From: Candidatus Magasanikbacteria bacterium RIFCSPHIGHO2_01_FULL_33_34
Lineage (GTDB): Bacteria; Patescibacteriota; Patescibacteriia; Magasanikbacterales; UBA922
Reading direction: 5' to 3'
Assembly: GCA_001782825.1 (NCBI GenBank)
Contig: MFPS01000002.1
Location: 1 to 41,112 of the forward strand
Length of the DNA: 41,112 nt
The stretch's first letter is position 1, and each line of letters opens with the position of its first letter. The notes under the pieces are model-generated. The model searched no databases. It was given only the letters and a program-made list of their open reading frames with translations, and was not told the DNA's origin. Position numbers and translations under genes: made by a program. Shown piece by piece: positions 9,699 to 19,280 of the stretch.

Positions 9699-12227
9699 AT
9701 GGCAAATAAACTCGTTATTGTAGAAAGTCCTACAAAAGCAAAAACAATTACCAAGTTTTTAGGCAAGGGATTCAAAGTTGAATCCTCTTTTGGACATGTG
9801 CGAGATTTACCAAAAAGTACTATGGGTATAGATATTGAAGGTAATACTTTTGAACCAGTCTACGAAATACCCAACACAAAAAAGAAAAAAGTAACAGAAC
9901 TACGCAAATTAGCCAAAGACGCTGATGAAATCCTATTTGCAACTGATGAGGACCGTGAGGGCGAAGCTATATCATGGCATTTAGCTGAACTTTTAAAAAT
10001 TAAAACTGACAAAGTAAAACGTCTGGTTTTCCATGAAATTACCAAAAGCGCTATAGAACAGGCTATTAATAATCCCCGACCGCTAGATATAAATTTAGTA
10101 GATGCCCAACAAGCCCGTCGTATTCTAGACAGACTAGTCGGATATGAACTATCCCCTCTTTTGTGGAAAAAAGTCAGATATGGCTTGTCTGCTGGACGAG
10201 TCCAATCAGTAGCAGTCCACTTAATCGTAGAAAAAGAAATTGAACGATCAAAATTTAAATCAAGTGAATATTTTGATCTAATTGCATCCCTATCATCTGA
10301 TAAAGAAAAATTTAATGCAAAATTAATTAGTTATAATTCATTAGCCATACCGATTGGAAAAGATTTTGATCCTGATACTGGAAAACTTAAAAAACCTGAA
10401 AACTTTACTTTACTTGATAATAATAAAGCAATTGAATTATCCAAAAAACTTTTAAATACTGAACCTTGGGTAGTATCTGAAATTAATGAAAAACCATACC
10501 AAACTCATCCATACCCACCATTTATAACTTCTACTCTACAACAAGAAGGCCATAGAAAATTAGGCTGGGGAGCAAAACAAACTATGCGTGTAGCTCAATC
10601 ACTTTATGAAAATGGATATATCACCTACATGCGTACTGACTCAGTCAACCTCTCAACCCAAGCAATTGACGCTGCACGAGACGCAGCTATGGAATTTGGC
10701 AAAGAATATGTAAGCACTGAACCAAAAAATTATACAAGCAAATCCAAAGTTGCCCAAGAAGCACATGAAGCAATCCGTCCAGCCGGCAGTTCTTTTATAC
10801 ATCCAAGTCAAATTCAAAAAGAAGTAAATAGCGATGAAAGTAAATTATATGAATTAATTTGGAAAAGAACAGTTGCCTGCCAAATGAAAAGCGCGCAATT
10901 GGTTAGTCTAACTGTTAAAATCAATGTTGAAAAAGCTGAATTTGAAGCTAAAGGTAAAAGAATTGAATTTGCTGGATATTTACGTGCTTATGTAGAAGGA
11001 ACTGATGATCCTGAAGCAGAACTAGAAGATCAAGAAATCACCCTACCAAAATTAAAAGAAAAACAAATTGTAAAAGCAGACTCTGTTAAACCAGAAGGAC
11101 ACACAACTCAAGCTCCAGCTAGATATACCGAAGCTTCGCTTATAAAAAAATTAGAATCAGAAGGAGTCGGAAGGCCATCAACCTATTCAACAATTTTGGA
11201 TACAATTATAGAAAGAGATTATGTTATCAAACATGGCAGTGCATTAGTGCCAACCTATACGGCAATGATAGTAGACCATTACTTACAAAAATATTTTCAA
11301 CCACTTGTCAATGTAAAATTTACATCCAAAATGGAAGATGATCTAGATGATATTGCCATCGGCAAAGAAAAATGGCGACCTTACATTAAAGAATTTTATA
11401 CAAAAAAATTTCACAGCCATATTAAAGAAGCTATGGCTAACGAAGAATACCCAGATATAAATATTGGTAAAGACAAAGACACTAATACCGATATTATTAT
11501 CAAATCTGGAAAATATGGACCATACTTACAGCGAGGTGAAGGTGGAGAAAATAATACTTGTTCCCTACCAGATTCATTAGCACCAGCTGATTTGACACTG
11601 GACTCTGCTATTGAACTACTAGCAAAACCACAAGGCCCTCAAATACTTTACAAAGATGAAAAAACTGGAAAAGATGTAACTCAAAGAACTGGCAGATTTG
11701 GCCCATATTTACAACTAGGTGAAGATGAAGAAACCAAAAAAGCCAAAAAAGTTTCATTGAGTTATGGTCCAAAAAAACTACCGATTGGAGCCAGTCTTGA
11801 TATAGATAATGTAACTAAAGAGCAAGCTACAAAAATTATTTCATTCCCATTAAATATTGGAGAAATTAATGGTGTAAAAGTAACAGCCAGTGTTGGCAGA
11901 TTCGGACCATACCTTAAAAAAGATGATGATTTTAGATCTATTCCAAAAGATAAAGATATTTTGACACTAACACTAGAAGATGCAAAAGAAATCTATGCCC
12001 AAGAAAAAAAAGGGCGAGGAAAACGAAAAACTAAGATTCTAAAAGAATTAGGCGAAGAACCAAAAACCTCAAAACCAGTCCAGATATTAGATGGCCCATA
12101 TGGCCCATATATTTCAAATGGAACTAGAACTTTTGCTCCAGTACCAAAAGATACAAATATAGAAGATATTACCCTCGCACAAGCGCTTGAGCTTATCAAA
12201 GAAAAAAAGGGTAAAAAGAAAAAATAA
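9699..12227 (+). CDS. topA: DNA topoisomerase I with Topo_C_Rpt-type C-terminal repeats (no Zn ribbons)
   Basis: LVIVESPTKAKTI, ATDEDREGEAI, SAGRVQS, ITYMRTDS; repeated G(R/K/P)(F/Y)GPY; basic tail. Confidence 0.96.
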   Translation: MANKLVIVESPTKAKTITKFLGKGFKVESSFGHVRDLPKSTMGIDIEGNTFEPVYEIPNTKKKKVTELRKLAKDADEILFATDEDREGEAISWHLAELLKIKTDKVKRLVFHEITKSAIEQAINNPRPLDINLVDAQQARRILDRLVGYELSPLLWKKVRYGLSAGRVQSVAVHLIVEKEIERSKFKSSEYFDLIASLSSDKEKFNAKLISYNSLAIPIGKDFDPDTGKLKKPENFTLLDNNKAIELSKKLLNTEPWVVSEINEKPYQTHPYPPFITSTLQQEGHRKLGWGAKQTMRVAQSLYENGYITYMRTDSVNLSTQAIDAARDAAMEFGKEYVSTEPKNYTSKSKVAQEAHEAIRPAGSSFIHPSQIQKEVNSDESKLYELIWKRTVACQMKSAQLVSLTVKINVEKAEFEAKGKRIEFAGYLRAYVEGTDDPEAELEDQEITLPKLKEKQIVKADSVKPEGHTTQAPARYTEASLIKKLESEGVGRPSTYSTILDTIIERDYVIKHGSALVPTYTAMIVDHYLQKYFQPLVNVKFTSKMEDDLDDIAIGKEKWRPYIKEFYTKKFHSHIKEAMANEEYPDINIGKDKDTNTDIIIKSGKYGPYLQRGEGGENNTCSLPDSLAPADLTLDSAIELLAKPQGPQILYKDEKTGKDVTQRTGRFGPYLQLGEDEETKKAKKVSLSYGPKKLPIGASLDIDNVTKEQATKIISFPLNIGEINGVKVTASVGRFGPYLKKDDDFRSIPKDKDILTLTLEDAKEIYAQEKKGRGKRKTKILKELGEEPKTSKPVQILDGPYGPYISNGTRTFAPVPKDTNIEDITLAQALELIKEKKGKKKK

Positions 12228-12333
12228 TTATAAGCTCTCCAATACCGAGGGTTTTTAATTATATTTACAAAGTATTAATAGTTGCAAAACTTAAAAAAAA
12301 CATATAAAGTATAAGAAGTTAAGCAATAAAAAT

Positions 12334-13809
12334 ATGAAGGAAAAACAAACCATCCAATCCTTAATAGACAAAATAATGACTTATAGCCCTGAGTCTGATT
12401 TGGATATGGTGCGTTTAGCTTTCAATTTTGCCGATGATGCCCACAGAGGCCAATTCAGAAAATCCAAAGAACCATATATTGTACACCCATTAGCTGCCGC
12501 CCATATTCTAGCAGATATGAGAATTGACCCTATTATAATTACTGCCACCCTACTCCATGATGTACCCGAAGATACCCATGTAACTCTCAAAGAAATTGAG
12601 GATAATTTTGGTAGTGAAATTAAAAACATGGTTGAAGGAATTACAAAACTTGGAAAATTGAAATATCGTGGAGTTGAACGTTATATTGAAAATCTTAGAA
12701 AAATGTTTATAGCCATGGCAGAAGATATCCGTGTCATGATAATCAAATTTGCTGACAGAATTCATAATTTACAAACATTAGACGCATTACCTCCCCAAAA
12801 AAGATACCGGATTGCGCTTGAAAGTCTAGAAATTTATGCACCAATTGCAAATCGACTTGGTATGGCTGAGATGAAAGGTCAATTAGAGGACCTAGCTTTT
12901 AGACATGTTTACCCAAAAGAATATGAAAGAGTAAAAAAATTGATGGACGAAAAATTACGTGGTAAAGAAAAATCTCTTGAAGGTGTAGAAAATATTTCAA
13001 AAGCTGAACTCATAAAATCTAATATAGAAGTAATTGATCTCAAAGGTAGAAGTAAAAGATTATATAGTTTTTATAAAAAACTCTTAAGAAAAGAAAATGA
13101 TATTACAAAAGTGTATGATGTAATAGCAATCAGAGTTATTGTGTCCAACATAGCTGACTGTTATGCCACGCTCGGTATACTCCACAATATTTGGAAACCT
13201 CTCAAAGGTAGAATCAAAGACTATATTTCACAACCAAAACCAAATGGCTATCAATCACTTCATACTACTGTTTTTGATGATCAAGGAGATTTAATTGAAT
13301 TTCAAATTAGAACACTGGAAATGCATGATGAAGCAGAATATGGTGTGGCAGCCCATTGGCATTATGACGAAAGAGGCTCTAGACTACCAGCCAAAGAAAT
13401 TCTCTGGGTCAAAGAATTAGCTGAGATTCAAAAAGATATTTTAAATAAATTATCTGATTTAGAAGAAATTAAAGTTGATTTTTTACAATCTAGAATTTTT
13501 GTTTTCACACCAAAAGGAGACGTTATTGATCTGCCAGAAGATGCAACTCCAGTAGATTTTGCCTACCACATACACACAGACATAGGCAAAAAATGCAATG
13601 GAGTTAGAATAAATGAAAAAATGGCACGATTAGACACTCCACTTAGAAATGGTGACGTGGTTGATATAATAGTTGATAAAAACAGAAAAGGACCAAATCA
13701 AGATTGGTTATCTTTTGTCAAAACTCATACCGCCAAAAATCATATCAAAAATCAACAAAAAAGTACCAGACTCACAGGTTGGTTAAAATCTGTTTTACCA
13801 AAAAAATAA
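12334..13809 (+). CDS. rel: RelA/SpoT family bifunctional (p)ppGpp synthetase/hydrolase (HD + SYN + TGS; no ZFD/ACT)
   Basis: HDVPED hydrolase motif, RIKDY..PKPNGYQSLHT, EFQIRT, TGS FVFTPKGD..DFAYHIHT; 491 aa. Confidence 0.93.
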   Translation: MKEKQTIQSLIDKIMTYSPESDLDMVRLAFNFADDAHRGQFRKSKEPYIVHPLAAAHILADMRIDPIIITATLLHDVPEDTHVTLKEIEDNFGSEIKNMVEGITKLGKLKYRGVERYIENLRKMFIAMAEDIRVMIIKFADRIHNLQTLDALPPQKRYRIALESLEIYAPIANRLGMAEMKGQLEDLAFRHVYPKEYERVKKLMDEKLRGKEKSLEGVENISKAELIKSNIEVIDLKGRSKRLYSFYKKLLRKENDITKVYDVIAIRVIVSNIADCYATLGILHNIWKPLKGRIKDYISQPKPNGYQSLHTTVFDDQGDLIEFQIRTLEMHDEAEYGVAAHWHYDERGSRLPAKEILWVKELAEIQKDILNKLSDLEEIKVDFLQSRIFVFTPKGDVIDLPEDATPVDFAYHIHTDIGKKCNGVRINEKMARLDTPLRNGDVVDIIVDKNRKGPNQDWLSFVKTHTAKNHIKNQQKSTRLTGWLKSVLPKK

Positions 13810-13843
13810 TAAGTTCTCTAAAAACATAAAGGCTTTATTTAAA

Positions 13844-13961
13844 AAGTCTGATAATTTTCTTTTTTACGGATTTGTTTACCACAACAGGCATCACCCTCGG
13901 AGCCTAGGCGAGAATCCTGCCTGCCGGCAGGCAGGGAGTAAAAAAGAAAATTATCAGACTT
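13844..13961 (+). repeat. Structured intergenic element, copy 1 (perfect 24-bp arms, degenerate core, nested 20-nt palindrome)
   Basis: AAGTCTGATAATTTTCTTTTTTAC / GTAAAAAAGAAAATTATCAGACTT; core CGGATTTG..CCACAACAGGC..CCTCGGAGCC..GCGAGAAT shared with the copies at 19155 and 23425. Confidence 0.85.
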
Positions 13962-14023
13962 AATTAAAATAGACAAATATAAATAATTCTATAATATTTT
14001 AAACAAAAGAATTTAAATAAAAA

Positions 14024-14887
14024 TTAAGTAAGTTCTTGTAACAAACGCTTTAACTCGTCTTTTGATGAATAATGAATAGTTATAGTTCCTTTTTTGCCTT
14101 TCTCTAAAATAACAACTTTTGTACCAAGACGTTCCTCCAGCAATTCCTCTTGTGCAACTACATTTGGATCTCGTCTTACAGAACCTTTTCTAGATTTATC
14201 TGTATTACCATATACCTTCATCTCAACATCACGAACAGTCATCTCTTCACCGATCATACTTCTGAAAACTCGCATTTGTTCTTTTTCATCTTTTAAACTC
14301 AAAAGTGCTCTTGCTTTGCCTGCGTTTATTTTTTTGTCTATCAAAGCTTTTTGAATTTCTTCTGGTAAATCTAATAAACGGATCATATTAGCAATCGTAG
14401 ATCTATTTTTACCAACTTGTTCTGATACTTCTTGCTGAGTCAAATTAAATTCTTCAATCAATCTTTTGTATGCAAAACCTTCTTCAATTGCATTTAAATC
14501 TTGTCTTTGTATATTCTCAATCAAAGCAAGTTCAAGTTTTTCTTGTTTGGTTGCAGAACGAACAATTGCTGGAATTGACACAAGACCAACAATCTGAGAT
14601 GCTCTGAATCTTCTTTCGCCAGCAATCAACTCATAGCCACCATCTGTTTTTTCAGTTACAGTGACAGGTTGCAATATTCCATGCTTTTTTATAGACAAAA
14701 CCAAGTCTTCCAAATCTTCGTGTGAAAAATACTTTCGTGGTTGCTCTATATTTGGAGATATTTCACTAATTGGAATATGCCAAATTCTATTATGATCATT
14801 ATCACTGACATTATTTGTTTCCATTCGGATAGTTTTTCTAATCTTTCCTTGTGGAATCAATGAATTTAATCCTTTTCCTAAAGCCAT
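14024..14887 (-). CDS. parB: Chromosome partitioning protein ParB (Spo0J)
   Basis: ALGKGLNSLI, QPRKYF, LIAGERRFRA, ENIQRQDLN, HTH. Confidence 0.95.
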   Translation of the reverse strand: MALGKGLNSLIPQGKIRKTIRMETNNVSDNDHNRIWHIPISEISPNIEQPRKYFSHEDLEDLVLSIKKHGILQPVTVTEKTDGGYELIAGERRFRASQIVGLVSIPAIVRSATKQEKLELALIENIQRQDLNAIEEGFAYKRLIEEFNLTQQEVSEQVGKNRSTIANMIRLLDLPEEIQKALIDKKINAGKARALLSLKDEKEQMRVFRSMIGEEMTVRDVEMKVYGNTDKSRKGSVRRDPNVVAQEELLEERLGTKVVILEKGKKGTITIHYSSKDELKRLLQELT

Positions 14888-14896
14888 AATCTTATA

Positions 14897-15667
14897 TTAA
14901 TAATTACTATGCTTTTCCAAAATTTCACGCGCCAATCTTTCATAAGCTTTTGCGCCTTTACTCTTTGGATCATAATGTAATATACTCTTTCCAAAACTTG
15001 GTGCTTCTGCAAGACGCACTGTTCTTGGAATTATACTTTTAAAAATTGTATCAGGAAAATATCTATATAATTCATTCATAATATCTTCTGATAATTTTGT
15101 ACGTTTATCAAACATAGTAATAACCGCACCCAATATATTTAAATTAGGTTTTATATGTTCTTGAATAAGCTGAATTGTATTTAATAACTGACCCAATCCC
15201 TCAAGCGCATAATATTCAGCTTGAACTGGAATCAAAAGCTCATCGGCCGCAACTAGACTATTAATTGTTAATAACCCCAATGAAGGCGGGCAGTCAATTA
15301 TAATATAATCATATGCATGACGCACTTCCTCTAACAAATCTGATAATTTAAATTCTCTACGCTCAACATCCACAAGTTCAATATTTGCCCCAGCCAAATT
15401 TGCAGTTGCAGGCACAACTCGTAGTGAAGTATGATCGGTATTAAAAATAACATCATGAAAACGTTTCTGACCTGATAATGCCTCATAAATACCGTGCTTC
15501 AAATTGTCTCTTTGCAGACCTAATCCGCTTGAAGCATTTGCTTGTGGATCCATATCGACCAACAACACAAAACTACCCAAATCTGCCAAATAAGCGGCCA
15601 AGTTCATAGCTGTCGTAGTCTTGCCTACGCCACCTTTTTGATTAACAATAGAGACTATTTTTGTCAT
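14897..15667 (-). CDS. parA: Chromosome partitioning ATPase ParA (Soj)
   Basis: NQKGGVGKTT, DMDPQANAS, DCPPSLGLL, EYYALEG, LAEAPSFG. Confidence 0.96.
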   Translation of the reverse strand: MTKIVSIVNQKGGVGKTTTAMNLAAYLADLGSFVLLVDMDPQANASSGLGLQRDNLKHGIYEALSGQKRFHDVIFNTDHTSLRVVPATANLAGANIELVDVERREFKLSDLLEEVRHAYDYIIIDCPPSLGLLTINSLVAADELLIPVQAEYYALEGLGQLLNTIQLIQEHIKPNLNILGAVITMFDKRTKLSEDIMNELYRYFPDTIFKSIIPRTVRLAEAPSFGKSILHYDPKSKGAKAYERLAREILEKHSNY

Positions 15668-15676
15668 ACTTTATAC

Positions 15677-15718
15677 ATTATACACCAAATTGACATAACT
15701 TACAAAATAGGCTATAAT
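15677..15718. promoter_or_regulatory. Overlapping divergent sigma70 promoters (tRNA-Leu on +, parA on -)
   Basis: +: TTGACA(15690-15695)-17-TATAAT(15713-15718). -: TTGTAA(15705-15700)-17-TATAAT(15682-15677), 9 nt before the parA ATG. Confidence 0.8.
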
Positions 15719-15736
15719 TTATCTTATTATAATAAT

Positions 15737-15821
15737 GCCGATGTGGTGGAATTGGTAGACACGCACGACTCAAAATCGTGTGCCGCAAGGCATGTGGGTT
15801 CGATTCCCACCGTCGGCACCA
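15737..15821 (+). tRNA. tRNA-Leu(CAA)
   Basis: GCCGATG/CGTCGGC acceptor stem, anticodon arm CACGA-CTCAAAA-TCGTG, long variable arm, GGTTCGATTCC, encoded CCA. Confidence 0.97.
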
Positions 15822-15825
15822 AAGT

Positions 15826-16803
15826 ATGACCCTTTTTTACGATATTTTAATATTACTCACAATAATGATGACTGCAACCCCTGCAGTAATTTTACTATAC
15901 CATCGCTACAAAGATACAACTTCATGGGAAAGCAAACATAAAAAATTAAGTGTATTTATTTCCATATTACTACTACTTGGATCTTTTACTGTCATATATG
16001 GATCATTCATTGAGCCAAAATTGCTTGTTACAAATTATCAAGATATTGAAATAATTTTAAATGGAAACAGTATCAATGCCTTAATTGTGAGTGATATCCA
16101 TGTTGGAGATTTTAACCGAAGAAACGAGATTAAAAAAATTGCCAAACACATAGTAAAACTAAACCCTGATATTGTATTTATTGTTGGCGATCATATTCTT
16201 GCTACTCACAAAGAAGATGATAGACTAGATTATCTAGAAGAATTAAAAATAGTGGCTGATAATATACCAACCTATGCTGTGCATGGAAACCATGAATACG
16301 GCATTGGTGGAGCTGATGAAAATATTAACAAAAGGTACAAATTACCAAACAAAAGTATAGAAATAAAAAATATACTTGAAAAAATGGGCATGCACTACCT
16401 AGTCAATGAAACTGAAAAACTAACCATAAATAAAAGTGAATTTCTTTTATTTGGCGGTGACGAATATTTGGCTGATAGATTAGATTTTACAAGCCTAGTT
16501 GATATGCAAAAACAATACCCAGATTTGCCATCAATTGCTCTTATCCACAATCCAGCAGGCACACCTATGGCCAATGAAAATAATGTAGATTTCGTAATAT
16601 CAGGTCACACACATGGTGGCCAAGTAAGACTACCTTTTATAGGCGCAGCTATGAAAATTGAAGTTCCAATACCACTTGAATGGTATCAAGGGTTTAGTCA
16701 ATACAAAAATACTCAACTATTTGTAACAAGTGGTGTAAATGAATCAGGTGGACGAATCAGACTTTTTAACCCACCAGAAGTTGTAATGATGAATATCAAA
16801 TAA
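15826..16803 (+). CDS. Membrane-anchored calcineurin-like metallophosphoesterase (YkuE/YaeI-like)
   Basis: SDIHVG, GD, GNHE, HNP, SGHTHGGQ; two N-terminal TMs; start reassigned to the ATG at 15826 after the tRNA. Confidence 0.88.
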   Translation: MTLFYDILILLTIMMTATPAVILLYHRYKDTTSWESKHKKLSVFISILLLLGSFTVIYGSFIEPKLLVTNYQDIEIILNGNSINALIVSDIHVGDFNRRNEIKKIAKHIVKLNPDIVFIVGDHILATHKEDDRLDYLEELKIVADNIPTYAVHGNHEYGIGGADENINKRYKLPNKSIEIKNILEKMGMHYLVNETEKLTINKSEFLLFGGDEYLADRLDFTSLVDMQKQYPDLPSIALIHNPAGTPMANENNVDFVISGHTHGGQVRLPFIGAAMKIEVPIPLEWYQGFSQYKNTQLFVTSGVNESGGRIRLFNPPEVVMMNIK

Positions 16804-16827
16804 AAAACTGCTTATTAGCAGTTTTTT
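16802..16827. terminator. Bidirectional intrinsic terminator
   Basis: AAAAAACTGCT-TATT-AGCAGTTTTTT between convergent genes. Confidence 0.85.
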
Positions 16828-16838
16828 ATTTTATAATT

Positions 16839-17870
16839 TTATGGCCACTGATAATTTTCAAATACCATATTAGCCAAATCTCGAGACTCTGTAAACCTAT
16901 CTTCATGTTCCTCAGCTCCCAATACTACCACATCAACTACCCTACCATCATTATTCCTTATACTCACGGCAAAACTATAACCAGCCGCATTAGTATACCC
17001 AGTCTTTCCACCCAAAACTTCTGCAAAATCATTATTCACCCAACCCAATAATAACCAATCTGTATTCCACATATGATGTGATTTTTCTCTTTGTTTTGAA
17101 TATAAATTGTATTCAGGAGTTTTAAGAGCCTCTACAATTTTTGTATTTTCTAATGCATTATTTAAAAGTATAACAATATCACTTGCACTAGATTTATTAC
17201 CCTCATCAAGACCAGTTGGTTCTACAAAAGTAGTCTCTGTCATTCCCAATTCCCTAGCTTTTTGATTCATCCGCTCGACAAATGCCACCACTGGCCAATC
17301 TAATGCATTAGCAAGACTTAAAATAGCTTTATTTGATGAACCAACAAGCGCTGAATACCAAAGTTCATCAAGAGTATAAATATCCCCTGCATACATATGT
17401 GTCCCCATTGAATCACTCCCGATCACAGTAGCTTCACTATTCCAGTCCGGATTTTTTTCCAACAAAACTAAGGCGCTCATCAATTTTGTAATACTCGCAA
17501 TCGATCTTTTATCATATTCATTTTTACTATACAAAATAGCCCCACTTTTATGATCTTTGACAATAATACTTTTTGCGCCAAAACTATCCTGTGGCAATAA
17601 TTCACCCACCAAAACTGGTATTTCTGGATTTGGAATACTAACTGGTTCTATTACAATATCTCCTCCAGCCAATGTTGATTCACTATCAGACAAATCTGTC
17701 ATTTTTTCCATAACCAATGAAATTTCATTTAATTCTGAAGAAAATTCTAATTTATTTGTAAAAAATGAAACAGTAAATACAGCTCCGACGGCTAATAAAA
17801 CAGAAATAAATTTCCAAAAAAAACCAATCTTATCTACCGGTTTTTCTGGCCCAAAAAAAGGAGTATTCAT
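16839..17870 (-). CDS. D-alanyl-D-alanine carboxypeptidase / peptidase S11 family
   Basis: SxxK (ASITKLM), SxN (SSN), KTG (GKTGYT); N-terminal TM. Confidence 0.9.
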   Translation of the reverse strand: MNTPFFGPEKPVDKIGFFWKFISVLLAVGAVFTVSFFTNKLEFSSELNEISLVMEKMTDLSDSESTLAGGDIVIEPVSIPNPEIPVLVGELLPQDSFGAKSIIVKDHKSGAILYSKNEYDKRSIASITKLMSALVLLEKNPDWNSEATVIGSDSMGTHMYAGDIYTLDELWYSALVGSSNKAILSLANALDWPVVAFVERMNQKARELGMTETTFVEPTGLDEGNKSSASDIVILLNNALENTKIVEALKTPEYNLYSKQREKSHHMWNTDWLLLGWVNNDFAEVLGGKTGYTNAAGYSFAVSIRNNDGRVVDVVVLGAEEHEDRFTESRDLANMVFENYQWP

Positions 17871-17894
17871 AAACTAAACAAGTATAATAATTAA

Positions 17895-18431
17895 TTATTC
17901 CTTCACTTCAATAATTTTTTCTAAATTGGGATGTTCACTCATTTCAGCATAATCTGGCAATTCTGTAACATTTTTTATGCCAAGATGACGAAGGGCTTCA
18001 AAAGACAGACGATAAACCGGCACAATTTTATCAATATCCTCAGCCTCTTCAATCAACCCTCTCATTAACAAATTTCTAATAATCAAAGCGCAATTAACTC
18101 CTCTAATAAGCTCTAATTCTGGTCTTGTAACTGGTTCTCTATAAGCTATTACAGTCAATGTCTCTAACTGTGCTTTTGTCAGCTCACCAACAATTTCATC
18201 TTTTATAAAACTTTCAATTACATCATGATTTTTAGAATTAGTAGCCATTTGCACACTGTCACCAACTTGCAAAATATTTATACCTGATTCTTCATTGTAT
18301 TTCCCTTGCAAAATTTCAACCGCCTCTTCAATCTCAATAATATTTTTACCAATAGCCTTGGCAATTGCCGACAACTTCAATGGTTTTGAAGCAACAAATA
18401 AAATAGATTCAATTTGAGATTGTAAATTCAT
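17895..18431 (-). CDS. scpB: SMC-Scp complex subunit ScpB
   Basis: IESILFVA, LETLTVIAYREPVTR..IRGVN. Confidence 0.93.
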   Translation of the reverse strand: MNLQSQIESILFVASKPLKLSAIAKAIGKNIIEIEEAVEILQGKYNEESGINILQVGDSVQMATNSKNHDVIESFIKDEIVGELTKAQLETLTVIAYREPVTRPELELIRGVNCALIIRNLLMRGLIEEAEDIDKIVPVYRLSFEALRHLGIKNVTELPDYAEMSEHPNLEKIIEVKE

Positions 18432-18440
18432 AATGATTAT

Positions 18441-19133
18441 TTAAATTCTTGTGATTGCAATATCAGAAAAAGCTGAATCCTGTTTTAAAATCACAGTTTT
18501 TTGCTTTACTAACTCTAATAGTGCCAAAAAGTTGATTATTATTTCTGTTCGATTATTTGAATTATCTAATAATTCAAAAAAATTGACTGATTTATTTTTT
18601 TCCAAAATTAATCTTATTTTATCCAACCTTTCCTTCAAAGATATAGCCCTATCAATACTAGTCTCTGGTAATGATTTTAATGGTTGCAATCTCCTAATTA
18701 ATTTTACCATATTATCATACATGGTATTCTTATCCAAATTTGTTGGGGCAACAAACTCTTCTGACTGTCTTGGTGCTTCAATTCTAAATACACTTTGTTT
18801 GCCATCTATCCATAATTTATCTATTTTTCTACTTGCTTCTACAAAAATCTTATACAACCTTAATTGATCCTCCAAACTCTGACCATCTTCTTCCTCTTGA
18901 TTAAATTGTGGTAATAATAATCTAGATTTTATATATAACAATCTTGTTCCGACCAACAAAAAATCTGCCAATTCCTCTTCTTTATTTTCCTCAAGCTTAT
19001 CCAAATATTGCAAATATTGTTCAGTAATTTCTGCAAGTGAAATCTCAGATATACTCATCTGTTTATCACTAATCAAACTCAACAATAGATCAAGTGGACC
19101 ACTAAATTTTTCTAGCTGTACAGTAGCCTTCAT
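18441..19133 (-). CDS. scpA: Segregation and condensation protein ScpA
   Basis: FSGPLDLLLSLI, YIKSRLLLP, FLALLELVK; start reassigned to the ATG at 19133. Confidence 0.92.
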   Translation of the reverse strand: MKATVQLEKFSGPLDLLLSLISDKQMSISEISLAEITEQYLQYLDKLEENKEEELADFLLVGTRLLYIKSRLLLPQFNQEEEDGQSLEDQLRLYKIFVEASRKIDKLWIDGKQSVFRIEAPRQSEEFVAPTNLDKNTMYDNMVKLIRRLQPLKSLPETSIDRAISLKERLDKIRLILEKNKSVNFFELLDNSNNRTEIIINFLALLELVKQKTVILKQDSAFSDIAITRI

Positions 19134-19154
19134 AATTTTGATGAAAAAAATAAT

Positions 19155-19258
19155 AATTAATGATTGGAGATTATCATGAGCGGATTTGATTGCCACAACA
19201 GGCAATCACCTCGGAACCACAGTGAGAATGAGCGAATGATAATCTCCAATCATTAATT
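19155..19258 (+). repeat. Structured intergenic element, copy 2 (perfect 23-bp arms, 58-nt core)
   Basis: AATTAATGATTGGAGATTATCAT / ATGATAATCTCCAATCATTAATT enclosing GAGCGGATTTGATTGCCACAACAGGCAATCACCTCGGAACCACAGTGAGAATGAGCGA. Confidence 0.9.
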
Positions 19259-19280
19259 CTACTATAAATTATAATTTATA

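Noticed and set aside
15778-15825. ORF-track start of the phosphoesterase and the 95-aa ORF at 15542-15829
   Set aside because: Both overlap the tRNA-Leu gene; the ATG at 15826 is the plausible start.
19134-19205. N-terminal extension of ScpA in the ORF track
   Set aside because: It runs through structured element copy 2; ScpA similarity starts at the ATG at 19133.
19178-19235. Hammerhead or HDV-like ribozyme, or integron attC, as the identity of the three-copy element
   Set aside because: No CUGANGA/GAAA core, no nested double pseudoknot that I could build, no RYYYAAC/GTTRRRY ends and no integrase.
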